Assembly (NCBI GenBank): GCA_000002435.2
Contig: CM018792.1
Reading direction: 5' to 3' (one strand)
Source of the DNA: Giardia intestinalis
Taxonomy: Eukaryota
DNA: 64,000 nucleotides
Position numbers and translations under genes: made by a program. The notes under the pieces are model-generated. The model saw nothing but the letters and a program-made list of their open reading frames with translations, did no database searches and was not told where the DNA came from. This document shows positions 9,333-18,653 of this stretch, in pieces (the stretch's first letter is position 1; every line of letters begins with the position of its first letter).

Positions 9333-10880
9333 TTACTCACTATGAGGGACGGCTGAAGCAGTGGGTGGATGGAGGCTTGCGCTTGTGGATAAAGCGCTAC
9401 CAGTCACTTCCCGGTGCTTCTTCAGAGGAATATATTTGGCAGCATCCTCAATCTCGTCCTTCGTAAGAAACGTGAGATTCTGTGGTTTCTCGGGGACATC
9501 ACAGCGATCACACTCCGTGAGGTGCTCAACAAAGTTCACGTCTTCGTCAACTGGATTCATCTTCGAGATCATGCGCTCAAGCTCCTGGTTCACGCGCTTG
9601 GCTTCTAAGTCGTCATCATACCCTTGTCTCAGAGTGTTGCGTAGGTTACTTCTATTGAGCTCATCCTCCCTTCGCTGAGCCTCATCAAGCTCCTTTAATC
9701 GGGCAGCATTGGCACGCTCGCGCTCTATCTCCTCTCTACGCTGCCGCTCGGCTTGTTCCTTCTGGTTTTTGATTTCGTCCGCCAAGTCTTTCGCCATCTG
9801 CCTATTGTGCTTTCGTGTCTCCTCTGCCAGTCGTGCATTTTCAGCGGCTATTTGATCGTGTAGCTTCCTTGCTATTTCCTTTTCACGCTCGCGCTCCTCT
9901 GTCTCCTTGGCCAATTGCTCGTCTTTAAGACGTTTTTGTTCTGCAGCAAAGTCATTTAGTTCAGCGAGTTTTCTAAGTCTCTCAGCTTCAGTTTCTTCCT
10001 GCCTTCCTACGGGCCCAATATAATCGTTTATCGCTGCCTTCTCCTCCTCGCGTCGCCTATCAGCCTCCTCCTTGCGCCTACGGATGTCAGCCTCGTGGTC
10101 ACGTTTCTGTTGGTCGGCAAAAGCACGCTGGCGTTCCAGTTCTCGCTGAGCATACTCCTGTGCCTCTCGACGTGCAGCCTCTTGTTGTTCCTTTTCGCGT
10201 TCTAACTCGCGCTGCATAGCCTCCCGTGCAGCTTGACGTGCCTTCTCACTCGCTCTAATTGCGGCCTGGGCATCATCTTGCACCCGCTTTCTCTGCAAAC
10301 GTTCAAGAGCAGCCTCGATATCAGCCAACTTTTTAGCATCATCTGCCTGTTGCTTGGCCGTCTTCTTTTCTTTGTCGCGTTCCATCTCTTCCAATAGCTT
10401 CCTCTTCGCCATATTTAGCTCATTGATGCATGTTGGACACCATGCATCCTCGCAGCGATCAACAACAATTCCAGATTTCATTGGATCATTGTGCCTGCAG
10501 TGAAGCGCCTTCTGCTCATTATAGTCTTTCATAGCAGCAAGAAGGTCCTTCTTTTCATCCAAGCTCATTGCTGCTAGTTGTGCAGTGGTGACGTAGGGTG
10601 CTGCTTTGGGCTGAATCCGAGAGCTGCCAGCAGAACCAGTGCTTGATCGAAGACAGCCTTCTTGTGGAGTCCTCTTTGCAGACGAGTTACCCACTGGAGT
10701 CATGGAGCCAGAGGGCGCCAAATCGTCCAACTTCAGATCACGCGGCTTAGCAGCTGGACTCACCACAGGTGGCTTCTCGCGGGGAGCCACAACCTTAAGC
10801 TCAGTGGAGCGGCTGATGGGATGGATGGGCTCGCTGGGAATGCTAACACCCAGGCTTCCCAGAATATCAAAGTCTGTCAT
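9333..10880 (-). CDS. charged (E/R/K/A-rich) coiled-coil protein, hypothetical
   Basis: ATG preceded by 'ataaaaaa'. There is a long ERK-rich helical region and a short Cys/His cluster (HCRH...CEDAWCPTC). Confidence 0.6.
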   Translation of the reverse strand: MTDFDILGSLGVSIPSEPIHPISRSTELKVVAPREKPPVVSPAAKPRDLKLDDLAPSGSMTPVGNSSAKRTPQEGCLRSSTGSAGSSRIQPKAAPYVTTAQLAAMSLDEKKDLLAAMKDYNEQKALHCRHNDPMKSGIVVDRCEDAWCPTCINELNMAKRKLLEEMERDKEKKTAKQQADDAKKLADIEAALERLQRKRVQDDAQAAIRASEKARQAAREAMQRELEREKEQQEAARREAQEYAQRELERQRAFADQQKRDHEADIRRRKEEADRRREEEKAAINDYIGPVGRQEETEAERLRKLAELNDFAAEQKRLKDEQLAKETEEREREKEIARKLHDQIAAENARLAEETRKHNRQMAKDLADEIKNQKEQAERQRREEIERERANAARLKELDEAQRREDELNRSNLRNTLRQGYDDDLEAKRVNQELERMISKMNPVDEDVNFVEHLTECDRCDVPEKPQNLTFLTKDEIEDAAKYIPLKKHREVTGSALSTSASLHPPTASAVPHSE

Positions 10881-10911
10881 TTTTTTATCGAGTTTTGCGG
10901 ATCATTTTTGC

Positions 10912-11634
10912 ATGACGGGCGGAACAGATCTTCCGCGACGCGACTGGCGAGAAAGCGAAGACGAGGTGCGGCTCCCTTCTTTGTCTTTTCACGTGAGCGA
11001 CGAATACTTAGGAAGCGCTAGTGTCCAAGCTTCAGAGATATCGATTATTGCATTAGTCTCGAAACCGCTAATCAACACATTTCTAGAGGACGGACGAAAA
11101 GGGCAATTGGTTGTCATTATTCCATCGCAATATACGTCTGCCACATCATTTCTTTCTCTCTTACAGAGGATGCTTGAGTCTATGGTTCTCTTGGAGGCAC
11201 TCACAGCGACTCGTGTGATACTGCGCATACTCCCGTTGTCTCTCAATGGATCGGAACTTTCATGGCTTCATCTGGCCGGCATGTTGGCCTTAGTTGATTC
11301 AGGAATTCCATTACGTTATCTCAGCACGATGGTAGGAGTTGGACTGTCATACAATAAGCACGATGCATCCCAGAAGATAGTCCTTGATCCATACGGTGGA
11401 GAAGCAGACGCAACTCTCTATGTGGAGGCAGCCATAGATTCAATAGATGTAGAATGTAAGGAAGCTCCTGCAACAAGCGTTATAGCAAACCACACAAGAA
11501 GTACAGCTCCCAAGAATATCATTAGAACAGTGGCTAATGGTCCTCTTCTTGTTTCCCACCTTGACCTGTGTATATGCAAAGCCATGAGTGCTTTAGAGCC
11601 ACTTAACAGATGTATCCTACAAGCAATAGCTTAG
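10912..11634 (+). CDS. exosome RNase PH-like subunit (RRP41/RRP46/MTR3 class)
   Basis: The track ORF starts upstream, overlapping the divergent gene. The first plausible ATG is at 10912, after 'catttttgc'. 'LAGMLALVDSGIPL' resembles the RNase PH domain-2 motif (A..AL.DAGIP), and 240 aa is the size of this family. Confidence 0.5.
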   Translation: MTGGTDLPRRDWRESEDEVRLPSLSFHVSDEYLGSASVQASEISIIALVSKPLINTFLEDGRKGQLVVIIPSQYTSATSFLSLLQRMLESMVLLEALTATRVILRILPLSLNGSELSWLHLAGMLALVDSGIPLRYLSTMVGVGLSYNKHDASQKIVLDPYGGEADATLYVEAAIDSIDVECKEAPATSVIANHTRSTAPKNIIRTVANGPLLVSHLDLCICKAMSALEPLNRCILQAIA

Positions 11635-11661
11635 CTACTCAACTAGGTATTAACCTCATCT

Positions 11662-14600
11662 TTAGATGAAGTTTCTATCGGTCATTTGTGTAAATTTGTC
11701 AATGTACCAGTGCGTCAAATTGTACTTTGCGGCAAAGGGCTGCTTTCGCAGTGCCCAGAAAACAGAGAGGCACAAAGGATTTCGCATAAATGACAGACTA
11801 TCCAAATCACTAATGGTATTAAAGGAGATTGCAGAGCGAATAGTCCTTATGAGAAAACCGGCGCAATAATGCTTGAGAATAATATGCTGAGCTGGAAGAC
11901 TCTCTGGGGGAAGAATAAAGTCTAGACGACCGTAAATATGTCGTATGTCATGCAGGAGGATATACGGTGGGACAAGTCCGTAGAGATCTTGAGACGGCGA
12001 AGCATAGATGCAGGTCAAGCCGTACTCACGCACTTCTGAATCCAGGTCCAGCTCTTTATCATCAAGAAAATACGGTAGCAGAAGAAGAAGCATGCGTATG
12101 CAGTAGCTTTGAAGACAGGTTAGATCGTAAATAGCCTCCTTAGTTTCTGGATTCATCTTCTCTGCGGTGCTAGAAAGCAAACTAAGCTTGAGTTGTTCTT
12201 GTGCTAGCTTCTTGTCCAACAGAATACCCAATATTGATCCTATTGCGTAAAGAAGATTGGTAACCAAAAATGGATCTTTAATACTTAGCTTACCAGACTT
12301 AAGCACGATAACTGGTTGAGGGTCTGTATACTCCTGAGTACCTGGAGTGTGTATGTTTGAGAGAACGTAGCCGTGTAATAAATGAATTAAAAGAATCAAT
12401 AGAAATTTCAATCGACGAAGATTGGAAAGTAAAATACTTATATGTGAATTTTGTATGAGAAGCCCAAGTGCCTCAAAAAGGCGAAAATCAATGGTTATTT
12501 GCAGACCGATGAGCCATTGAAAGGTGGTGAAATGGGTCCCGATAGAAGGGCTTGTTTCTGCATATTGCTCAGTAAACTGGATTGGAAGATCTGCAGTGAA
12601 AATCTCAAAGATGCTCCCAGTCTGCCAGTTAGGTGGCCCGGGGTGGGCAGATGATGCTGAAGGAGATGTCTCGGAAATTGAAGGGCTGTGTCTATCTTCG
12701 TAGCGTTTATATGTGCTAAGAAGAATATAGGTTGCTTCGTAGATAGAATAATTTAGAATCAGGGTATACAACAGGCTCTCTTTGCAGTCAATAATGTTGA
12801 ATATTCCATCAGCGCAACGGCCAGTGAATACAGCAAGGCTGATGAGGTAAGAAACGTCTCCATATGGTGTCCATGAAATGATGGGGTGACTATCCTCATT
12901 AGCAAAAAGGATACGATAACATAATTTGAAAGCTAACTCCCAGGAAAGACCTACTTCCCATATGTTAATATCACTGAATGAATCTGCAAAGGATTGAATC
13001 GTGAACAACATGTACAGATCAAAGAATCGCTTGTTGACACAGTCATTCAACACGGTAGCTGCTCTATCCATCAATCCGCTATTAGATAGATCTACAAATA
13101 GGCTGCGTATCTTTAAAATGGGGATTTCAGTCTTATTTATGACCGGGTTGTCTGCTGAAAGAATGCACGGAGGATCATTCATCAAGTCAAAAGTTGGTTG
13201 AGCTCGTTGTGAATGCTCCTGAAGCATAAGAGCTAGAACCTGGGGAAAGTATGTGTCCATGTCCAGATGAAAATCAACAATATACAGGAAGCTTCTGGCA
13301 AGAGATAATGTCTCAAACAATGTGCCCATGCGACACTCATGCAGAGAAGCGTTGCAGTATGAGATTATTGAATGAGATACACCGTAGCTGTGTGATACTG
13401 GTTGCTGAACATGTGTTAGGATTGCTTCTATCAAAGAGTAATCGTTGCTTTGTGTATTATAGTGTCCTCCTTCTTCGGCAATCTGGTATGGATAGGTGTT
13501 ATGGTGATGTATCCGTCTGAGGCCTCTGTATCTTCTAGTTGTATCCACTGCTTTACAATCGGCATAGTATTGTCTATACAAGAGAGTTAGCATATGCTGG
13601 GCTTCTTCGTTACTTAGATAAGTATGGGAACACTCTGCCTTGCACTGATTGCTAACTGAGCGTCCAATTGCTTCAACATATCCTAGCTTTTCATTAATAC
13701 TGTAGTATTCGTTTAGCTCTGATATCACCGAAACACTCTGTGACAAGGAGCTACTGGACTTGAAGCAGGAGAAATCGGGAATAAAATGTGTTACTTTTGA
13801 CTTTCGTCGTCGTGATGTTGAGAATTCTCCAAATGACCGGGCTTTCCTTAGTTTGGCATCTTTTGCCACTTGGCGCAGTTCGTGTTCTTCACAGACAAGG
13901 TTTAGTGGTTGAGATTTGTAATCAGAAGTAGCTTTTCGCGAAGGAGACACAAAAGATGATGGCGACGTTTTAGCTGTCATGCTTTCAAGCTTCAGTAAAG
14001 GCTGCTTATTGATACTTGGACCCTTTTTAGGAAGAGAAAACGATCGAGAGAATAACTCACGACGCTTTTGGACTAGAGAGTCAAAGTTTAGATCTAAATC
14101 GGAGGAAGAGCTTAGTTCTGACTCACTGCTAGACAGATCCTTTGGAGGAGGTAACGCTGCATCCAGCAGTCGATATTCTACATGTCTTTTTCTTGACAAT
14201 AAGCAACCTGTGGAAGAACTTTGCAAAAACCTATCTGATTGCAAGCGAGTCAGCGAAGCCTTCTCAGTCGCTACACATGTGACTGAAGATTTTGGCTGTG
14301 CTTTATTTGGCCAAACATGAGATAGTCTTTTCACATCCTTGAAAGCAGGTCCATCCAGGACGGTATCAGTGTTATCGGTTTCACTAAAGACGGGTGCAGA
14401 TAACTCTCGTATGACATGTGCTGGGGCTATTTCAGAAAATGTACTGCAGCTAAGGGATGTTGCTGATTCTTCTACGTTACAAGTAAGCCTTGCTGCATTA
14501 GGATTGATACTGGATCGATTCTTTTTATAGTGCTTCATCTCATTAGCTAGTATTCGTGGCGAAAATCCACCTATTTCTAGGAAGAGCATAGCGGCATTTT

Positions 14601-15255
14601 GTACCCTGCGAGAGTGATAGTTCTTGGATATGATGTTACAAAGAGCGCTATGCAAAATGTCAGACCGACTCCTTTGCGCATCAAGTGCAGCACACCTAAG
14701 CTCTACTGAGGGCTTAAATATCTGTGACACTTGTGACAGGGGAGATTGCATGATAAAGGCCTCATGCTCTTTGATCTTTTCCATGTTGGTCATGTGTGTA
14801 GCAAGAATAGTAGGCGCTGTTTGTTTTGAAATAGGTTGGCAGACGATAGAACTAGGAGATCGCTCATGACATTGAGCCTGCGGGCGAAGAGTTACTCCTA
14901 CGGGTGAAGCGTAAGTCTTGGGGAATACAGTCGCACGGTTAATTGGGGACGACTGTGCTGTCGGATCGATGCTATGATTTGCTTTAGATGGGCGCATTTT
15001 AATGGAGTTATACTCAGCTATGGCATCTGCTGAATATGGAACAACCGGGACACGGCCTTTTGTACTAGCTGCCAAGCGACTAGAAAAAAGATACCCGTGA
15101 GAACTGTGTTGCCTTCCATTTGATATCTCATGAGCTTTGTGTGACGAAGCTGTGGCTACAGTCGACCTGGCACAATTCAAAGGTGGCTCGTGGGCTGCAT
15201 TACGCCGGGAGAGCTTCTCTTCAACCTTTACTTTAATAAAAGGCACCGGCACCAT
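11662..15255 (-). CDS. large hypothetical protein (~1197 aa)
   Basis: The track start at 15300 is GTG, and the first ATG is at 15255. This is a single long ORF of host composition. Confidence 0.6.
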   Translation of the reverse strand: MVPVPFIKVKVEEKLSRRNAAHEPPLNCARSTVATASSHKAHEISNGRQHSSHGYLFSSRLAASTKGRVPVVPYSADAIAEYNSIKMRPSKANHSIDPTAQSSPINRATVFPKTYASPVGVTLRPQAQCHERSPSSIVCQPISKQTAPTILATHMTNMEKIKEHEAFIMQSPLSQVSQIFKPSVELRCAALDAQRSRSDILHSALCNIISKNYHSRRVQNAAMLFLEIGGFSPRILANEMKHYKKNRSSINPNAARLTCNVEESATSLSCSTFSEIAPAHVIRELSAPVFSETDNTDTVLDGPAFKDVKRLSHVWPNKAQPKSSVTCVATEKASLTRLQSDRFLQSSSTGCLLSRKRHVEYRLLDAALPPPKDLSSSESELSSSSDLDLNFDSLVQKRRELFSRSFSLPKKGPSINKQPLLKLESMTAKTSPSSFVSPSRKATSDYKSQPLNLVCEEHELRQVAKDAKLRKARSFGEFSTSRRRKSKVTHFIPDFSCFKSSSSLSQSVSVISELNEYYSINEKLGYVEAIGRSVSNQCKAECSHTYLSNEEAQHMLTLLYRQYYADCKAVDTTRRYRGLRRIHHHNTYPYQIAEEGGHYNTQSNDYSLIEAILTHVQQPVSHSYGVSHSIISYCNASLHECRMGTLFETLSLARSFLYIVDFHLDMDTYFPQVLALMLQEHSQRAQPTFDLMNDPPCILSADNPVINKTEIPILKIRSLFVDLSNSGLMDRAATVLNDCVNKRFFDLYMLFTIQSFADSFSDINIWEVGLSWELAFKLCYRILFANEDSHPIISWTPYGDVSYLISLAVFTGRCADGIFNIIDCKESLLYTLILNYSIYEATYILLSTYKRYEDRHSPSISETSPSASSAHPGPPNWQTGSIFEIFTADLPIQFTEQYAETSPSIGTHFTTFQWLIGLQITIDFRLFEALGLLIQNSHISILLSNLRRLKFLLILLIHLLHGYVLSNIHTPGTQEYTDPQPVIVLKSGKLSIKDPFLVTNLLYAIGSILGILLDKKLAQEQLKLSLLSSTAEKMNPETKEAIYDLTCLQSYCIRMLLLLLPYFLDDKELDLDSEVREYGLTCIYASPSQDLYGLVPPYILLHDIRHIYGRLDFILPPESLPAQHIILKHYCAGFLIRTIRSAISFNTISDLDSLSFMRNPLCLSVFWALRKQPFAAKYNLTHWYIDKFTQMTDRNFI

Positions 15256-15543
15256 CCACTTATAGCTGGTAAATATGAAAACCAAATATGCTCTGAACAC
15301 GAAGACTTAAAATGTAACTCATATTTACCAATCACAGTATAGCCATCTTACTCATTACAAGTTCTCCAATATCTTAATTGTTATTGTGTGCTATTAAGGT
15401 AAGCAGCTGCTTCACTCATCGTTCGAGAGTATGCCATTTACCAACCAAAGGACTGCTTCTTTATGCCCGCAAAAGTGCACACTGGAGCCACAAGCGGCGG
15501 GAACAGTAACTATGGCTGATGCCCCCATGTGATAACTTTAAAA

Positions 15544-17673
15544 ATGCAGCTACCTAAGGTTTATCGGAAGTGCAAAACATGTCTAGTAGGAAATAGTCTG
15601 CTCCATTGCGTCGCCGAATCACTCACTGTACAAGGTCTGACTCCTGAAAAACTAATCTCACTAGCCAAGCGGCTAGTAAGCAAGTGCTCTGGGGTGGGTC
15701 ACGCTTTGATTTCATACTATAGCGTGACTATAAAAGGTGTTAGCACAATAGAGTTTATATCTCCATATGTAGGATGGTCCATAGAAGACTATCTCATGCT
15801 TACACTATATGAGGGAAGGACCATTCCAGAGGAACAAGTATATAGATTTATGGCCGCCATCATTTGGATACTTAACCAGCTCGTGCACATATGCAGAACC
15901 TCACTTCTTATGTGGATCTTTCTTGGATACGCCAATCTATCACTAAATAATTTCTGCCTAGATGAGTTTGGAGCAATACGTTTCCGCTTAGATCTAGGTC
16001 ACACGCTAAAGAACATGATACTGGTCGATGAACGACTTGCGGACTGGCCACGGATCAAAGGGAGTGAGTTAGGTGTTCATCTTAAACTGCATATAATACA
16101 GTGCATCTTACGTCTAGCGTTTCCCCTTAACAATTTAGAAATAAATGGAATTGATCCGTACTCGGGCGCATTTTCTCGAGTATTTAAAGACTCGGAACGA
16201 AGCAAGGTGTTTTGCAGTCGCATGGAGCGTTTAATTTATTTATTTCAAAAAGAAGACATAACGTTAAGTCATATATTACATACAAACTTATTCAAAACAG
16301 AATTAGAAAAGTACTGGCAATCCTTGGGCATAACAGCAGATGACGATGCATCAACGCCTCTCATCGACTCTGTGCGTGCAAACGATATACAAAAAATATA
16401 CAATTTTTATGGACGGCAGGCTGGAATGATGACTTCTTCTGGTAAAACTGCACTTATGATAGCAGCTTCCAGAGGAGACACACGCGTGACCACACTCTTA
16501 GCGACACGGGAAGCTAACTACAGAGACATTTATGGAAACTATGCAACTCTGCTGGCAATCAAGAATGGATACAAAAATGTGGCGTTGCACCTTGCAGCGT
16601 ATGAGTCCATGGTTCTTCAAGAGGATGGTATCACCCCGTTAATGCTTCACGTTATCGGCAAAAATCTACAAGTCCCATTTCAAGAACTGATACAGGATGC
16701 GGGGAAGCAAATGAAAAATGGATTTTCTGCTCTTATGATTGCTTCCTTGACTAATGATCTGGACTATTCAATGGTACTCGCAAAGAAAGAGGCAGGATTG
16801 TGTAACGCAGAAGGGAAGACAGCAGGAACACTAGCTAACGAGCAAGGAAATACACAAATTTCACAATTCTTGGCTCGTTATGAAATAGTAATGGGAGTTG
16901 ATGGAGAAACACAGCTTCATCAAGCAGTATTAGCGGGTGATCTGCGCGCAGTGGAAGCTTATGTACATGCTGCACGTTCATATAATAAGGCTGGCTATAC
17001 AGCGTTAGGATTAGCAGCAAAGTTCAATCATACTGATATCATAAAAACTCTGATTCCCCACGAAGCTGGGATGCGGTGTAAAGTTAGCTTCGAGGCATGC
17101 GGCAGGACGTTTCAGGATCCAACGGCTTTGGCCATAGCAGTCTATCATAATAACGAGCAGGCAGTGAATCTTTTAAAACGGTATGAGGCAGGATTGGGAA
17201 TGAAGCCCCTCCAAACTACTGCCATGATGCTTGCAGCAGCGTGCGGATATAGCGGACTTATATCTCTTCTGCGAACTCGAGAAGAAAAGATGCAAGACAC
17301 ACACGGCAACACCGCGCTGATGTACGCCGTGAATAGCTCTTCCCTAGACGCAGTTTATAAACTAATGAAATACGAATCTCGAATACAAAATACAGAAGGA
17401 TACACTGCACTTATGTATGCTGCCTTCCACAATAAGGTACAAATTGTTGCTGCTCTTATGAAACTGGAAGAGGGGATGATCAATGTGCAAGGCGAACCGG
17501 CTATTATCTGTGCTATCAAGGCAGAAGCTAAAGAGTGTATAAGTATACTTGTTCGAGGATCAGAGGTGTCGTATTCTAAACAGTGTATTGAAATGATTAA
17601 ATCCAGTGCTACACTGACTTGCGCTATGAAGAGAGTTATGTTGAGGTATTTTAAAGAGGAGAAATTTCATTGA
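15544..17673 (+). CDS. ankyrin-repeat protein with degenerate kinase-like N-terminus ('protein 21.1'/dead-NEK style)
   Basis: The track start is GTG. The ATG at 15544 follows 'aactttaaaa'. There are many TALM.AA..G ankyrin repeats. The N-terminal ~170 aa has kinase-like spacing but lacks the catalytic motifs. Confidence 0.7.
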   Translation: MQLPKVYRKCKTCLVGNSLLHCVAESLTVQGLTPEKLISLAKRLVSKCSGVGHALISYYSVTIKGVSTIEFISPYVGWSIEDYLMLTLYEGRTIPEEQVYRFMAAIIWILNQLVHICRTSLLMWIFLGYANLSLNNFCLDEFGAIRFRLDLGHTLKNMILVDERLADWPRIKGSELGVHLKLHIIQCILRLAFPLNNLEINGIDPYSGAFSRVFKDSERSKVFCSRMERLIYLFQKEDITLSHILHTNLFKTELEKYWQSLGITADDDASTPLIDSVRANDIQKIYNFYGRQAGMMTSSGKTALMIAASRGDTRVTTLLATREANYRDIYGNYATLLAIKNGYKNVALHLAAYESMVLQEDGITPLMLHVIGKNLQVPFQELIQDAGKQMKNGFSALMIASLTNDLDYSMVLAKKEAGLCNAEGKTAGTLANEQGNTQISQFLARYEIVMGVDGETQLHQAVLAGDLRAVEAYVHAARSYNKAGYTALGLAAKFNHTDIIKTLIPHEAGMRCKVSFEACGRTFQDPTALAIAVYHNNEQAVNLLKRYEAGLGMKPLQTTAMMLAAACGYSGLISLLRTREEKMQDTHGNTALMYAVNSSSLDAVYKLMKYESRIQNTEGYTALMYAAFHNKVQIVAALMKLEEGMINVQGEPAIICAIKAEAKECISILVRGSEVSYSKQCIEMIKSSATLTCAMKRVMLRYFKEEKFH

Positions 17674-18611
17674 ATACCAAACCTTTGTGATAGTTTTCTT
17701 GCCCGTTCCATGTCCATGCTTAGTACAGTTGATAGTCCTTTCCAAATGACAGGGTCGAACTCATGTTGGTAAGCAGAATCTACTTGATCATCTGATTGCT
17801 GCGTATCCGAAAAACAAATTGTTGACCTAACATATAAAGACTCATATTCGTGCTTATTAAGGTCTATTTGTAGACCATGAATTGCGTAAAGTCGTTGCTG
17901 TTCTATCTTATCTGTGTATCTTCTTATCGTAATTAATCCTTCTGCATACAATTGCGCTATATCAAAGATAGCATGCACCGTTCGAGTAAAGTCTGTTGGG
18001 CTGAGAAATACGAAGGCCAGGGGGTAGAAGCCGCGGCGCGAGAGCTCCGTGACCCGCGCGAGGAGCCCCTGCTTCCGGCGCTCCTGGAGCTCGGCGCCGC
18101 ACATCGCGAGGGCCTCGTAGCGCCGCCGCTCGACGGCCTGCGCGCCGGAGGGCTCTGCCTCCCGGGGCCGCGGGGGAGCCCTGGGGGCTGCGGGCCCTGC
18201 GGTGCCGGCGGCGCACCCCGCGTACAGCGAGGCCGCGAGCTCGGGCGGGAAGCGGGCGGCGTACCCGGCCTGGAACGCGTCGGCGAGGAGGCGCAGGTCG
18301 ACGCGCGGCGGGTCTGCAGGGGCCCCGGCCCGGGGGAGGAGCCGCAGCTGGCCGCGGAGGAAGCCGGCGCCCTGGTCCTCGGCCGCCCGGGCCACCCGCG
18401 CCTCCAGGCTCCGGGCAGACAGGCGCACCGTGGCGGACAGCGCGGCCTCCGTCTGCAGCATCAGGCCGACGTCCCCCCGGGGCTGGGCGGCGTAGGACTC
18501 GTAGCCGTCCCGGAGCTCGGCCAGGAGCGCCGTGACCGCCGCGTGGTCCCGGGCCTGCGCGGCCGCCTGCACCCGGGCGGAGACGCTCGCGAGGCGCGCA
18601 CGGGGCTCCAT
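17667..18611 (-). CDS. cassette gene A, full-length form (314 aa): GC-rich N-terminal ~202 codons fused in frame to ~111 host-composition codons
   Basis: The ATG at 18611 lies 11 nt from the A/T island 'gaatttt'. GC3 is near 100% up to 18012, and the same frame then continues without a stop through normal-composition DNA to the TGA at 17667. The upstream part of the 780-aa track ORF is a GC artefact. Confidence 0.65.
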   Translation of the reverse strand: MEPRARLASVSARVQAAAQARDHAAVTALLAELRDGYESYAAQPRGDVGLMLQTEAALSATVRLSARSLEARVARAAEDQGAGFLRGQLRLLPRAGAPADPPRVDLRLLADAFQAGYAARFPPELAASLYAGCAAGTAGPAAPRAPPRPREAEPSGAQAVERRRYEALAMCGAELQERRKQGLLARVTELSRRGFYPLAFVFLSPTDFTRTVHAIFDIAQLYAEGLITIRRYTDKIEQQRLYAIHGLQIDLNKHEYESLYVRSTICFSDTQQSDDQVDSAYQHEFDPVIWKGLSTVLSMDMERARKLSQRFGIQ

Positions 18612-18653
18612 CGGACGGGGCGGAATTTTGCCGGCCGGCCAAAAATTCACTCG
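18612..18653. promoter_or_regulatory. 42-bp divergent A/B promoter with near-palindromic A/T islands
   Basis: GAATTTTGCCGGCCGGCCAAAAATTC (18623-18648) sits between the two divergent ATGs. It is one of only about five A/T-rich spots in the whole block. Confidence 0.55.

Noticed and set aside
15529-15543. ORF-track start codons taken at face value. Examples are 3680, 4714, 15300, 15529, 26622, 38569, 39549, 42654, 46274 and 55508.
   Set aside because: Inspection shows these are TTG or GTG codons translated as M by the ORF caller. This is a eukaryote, so I moved the starts to the first in-frame ATG. In most cases that ATG also has an A/T-rich initiator.
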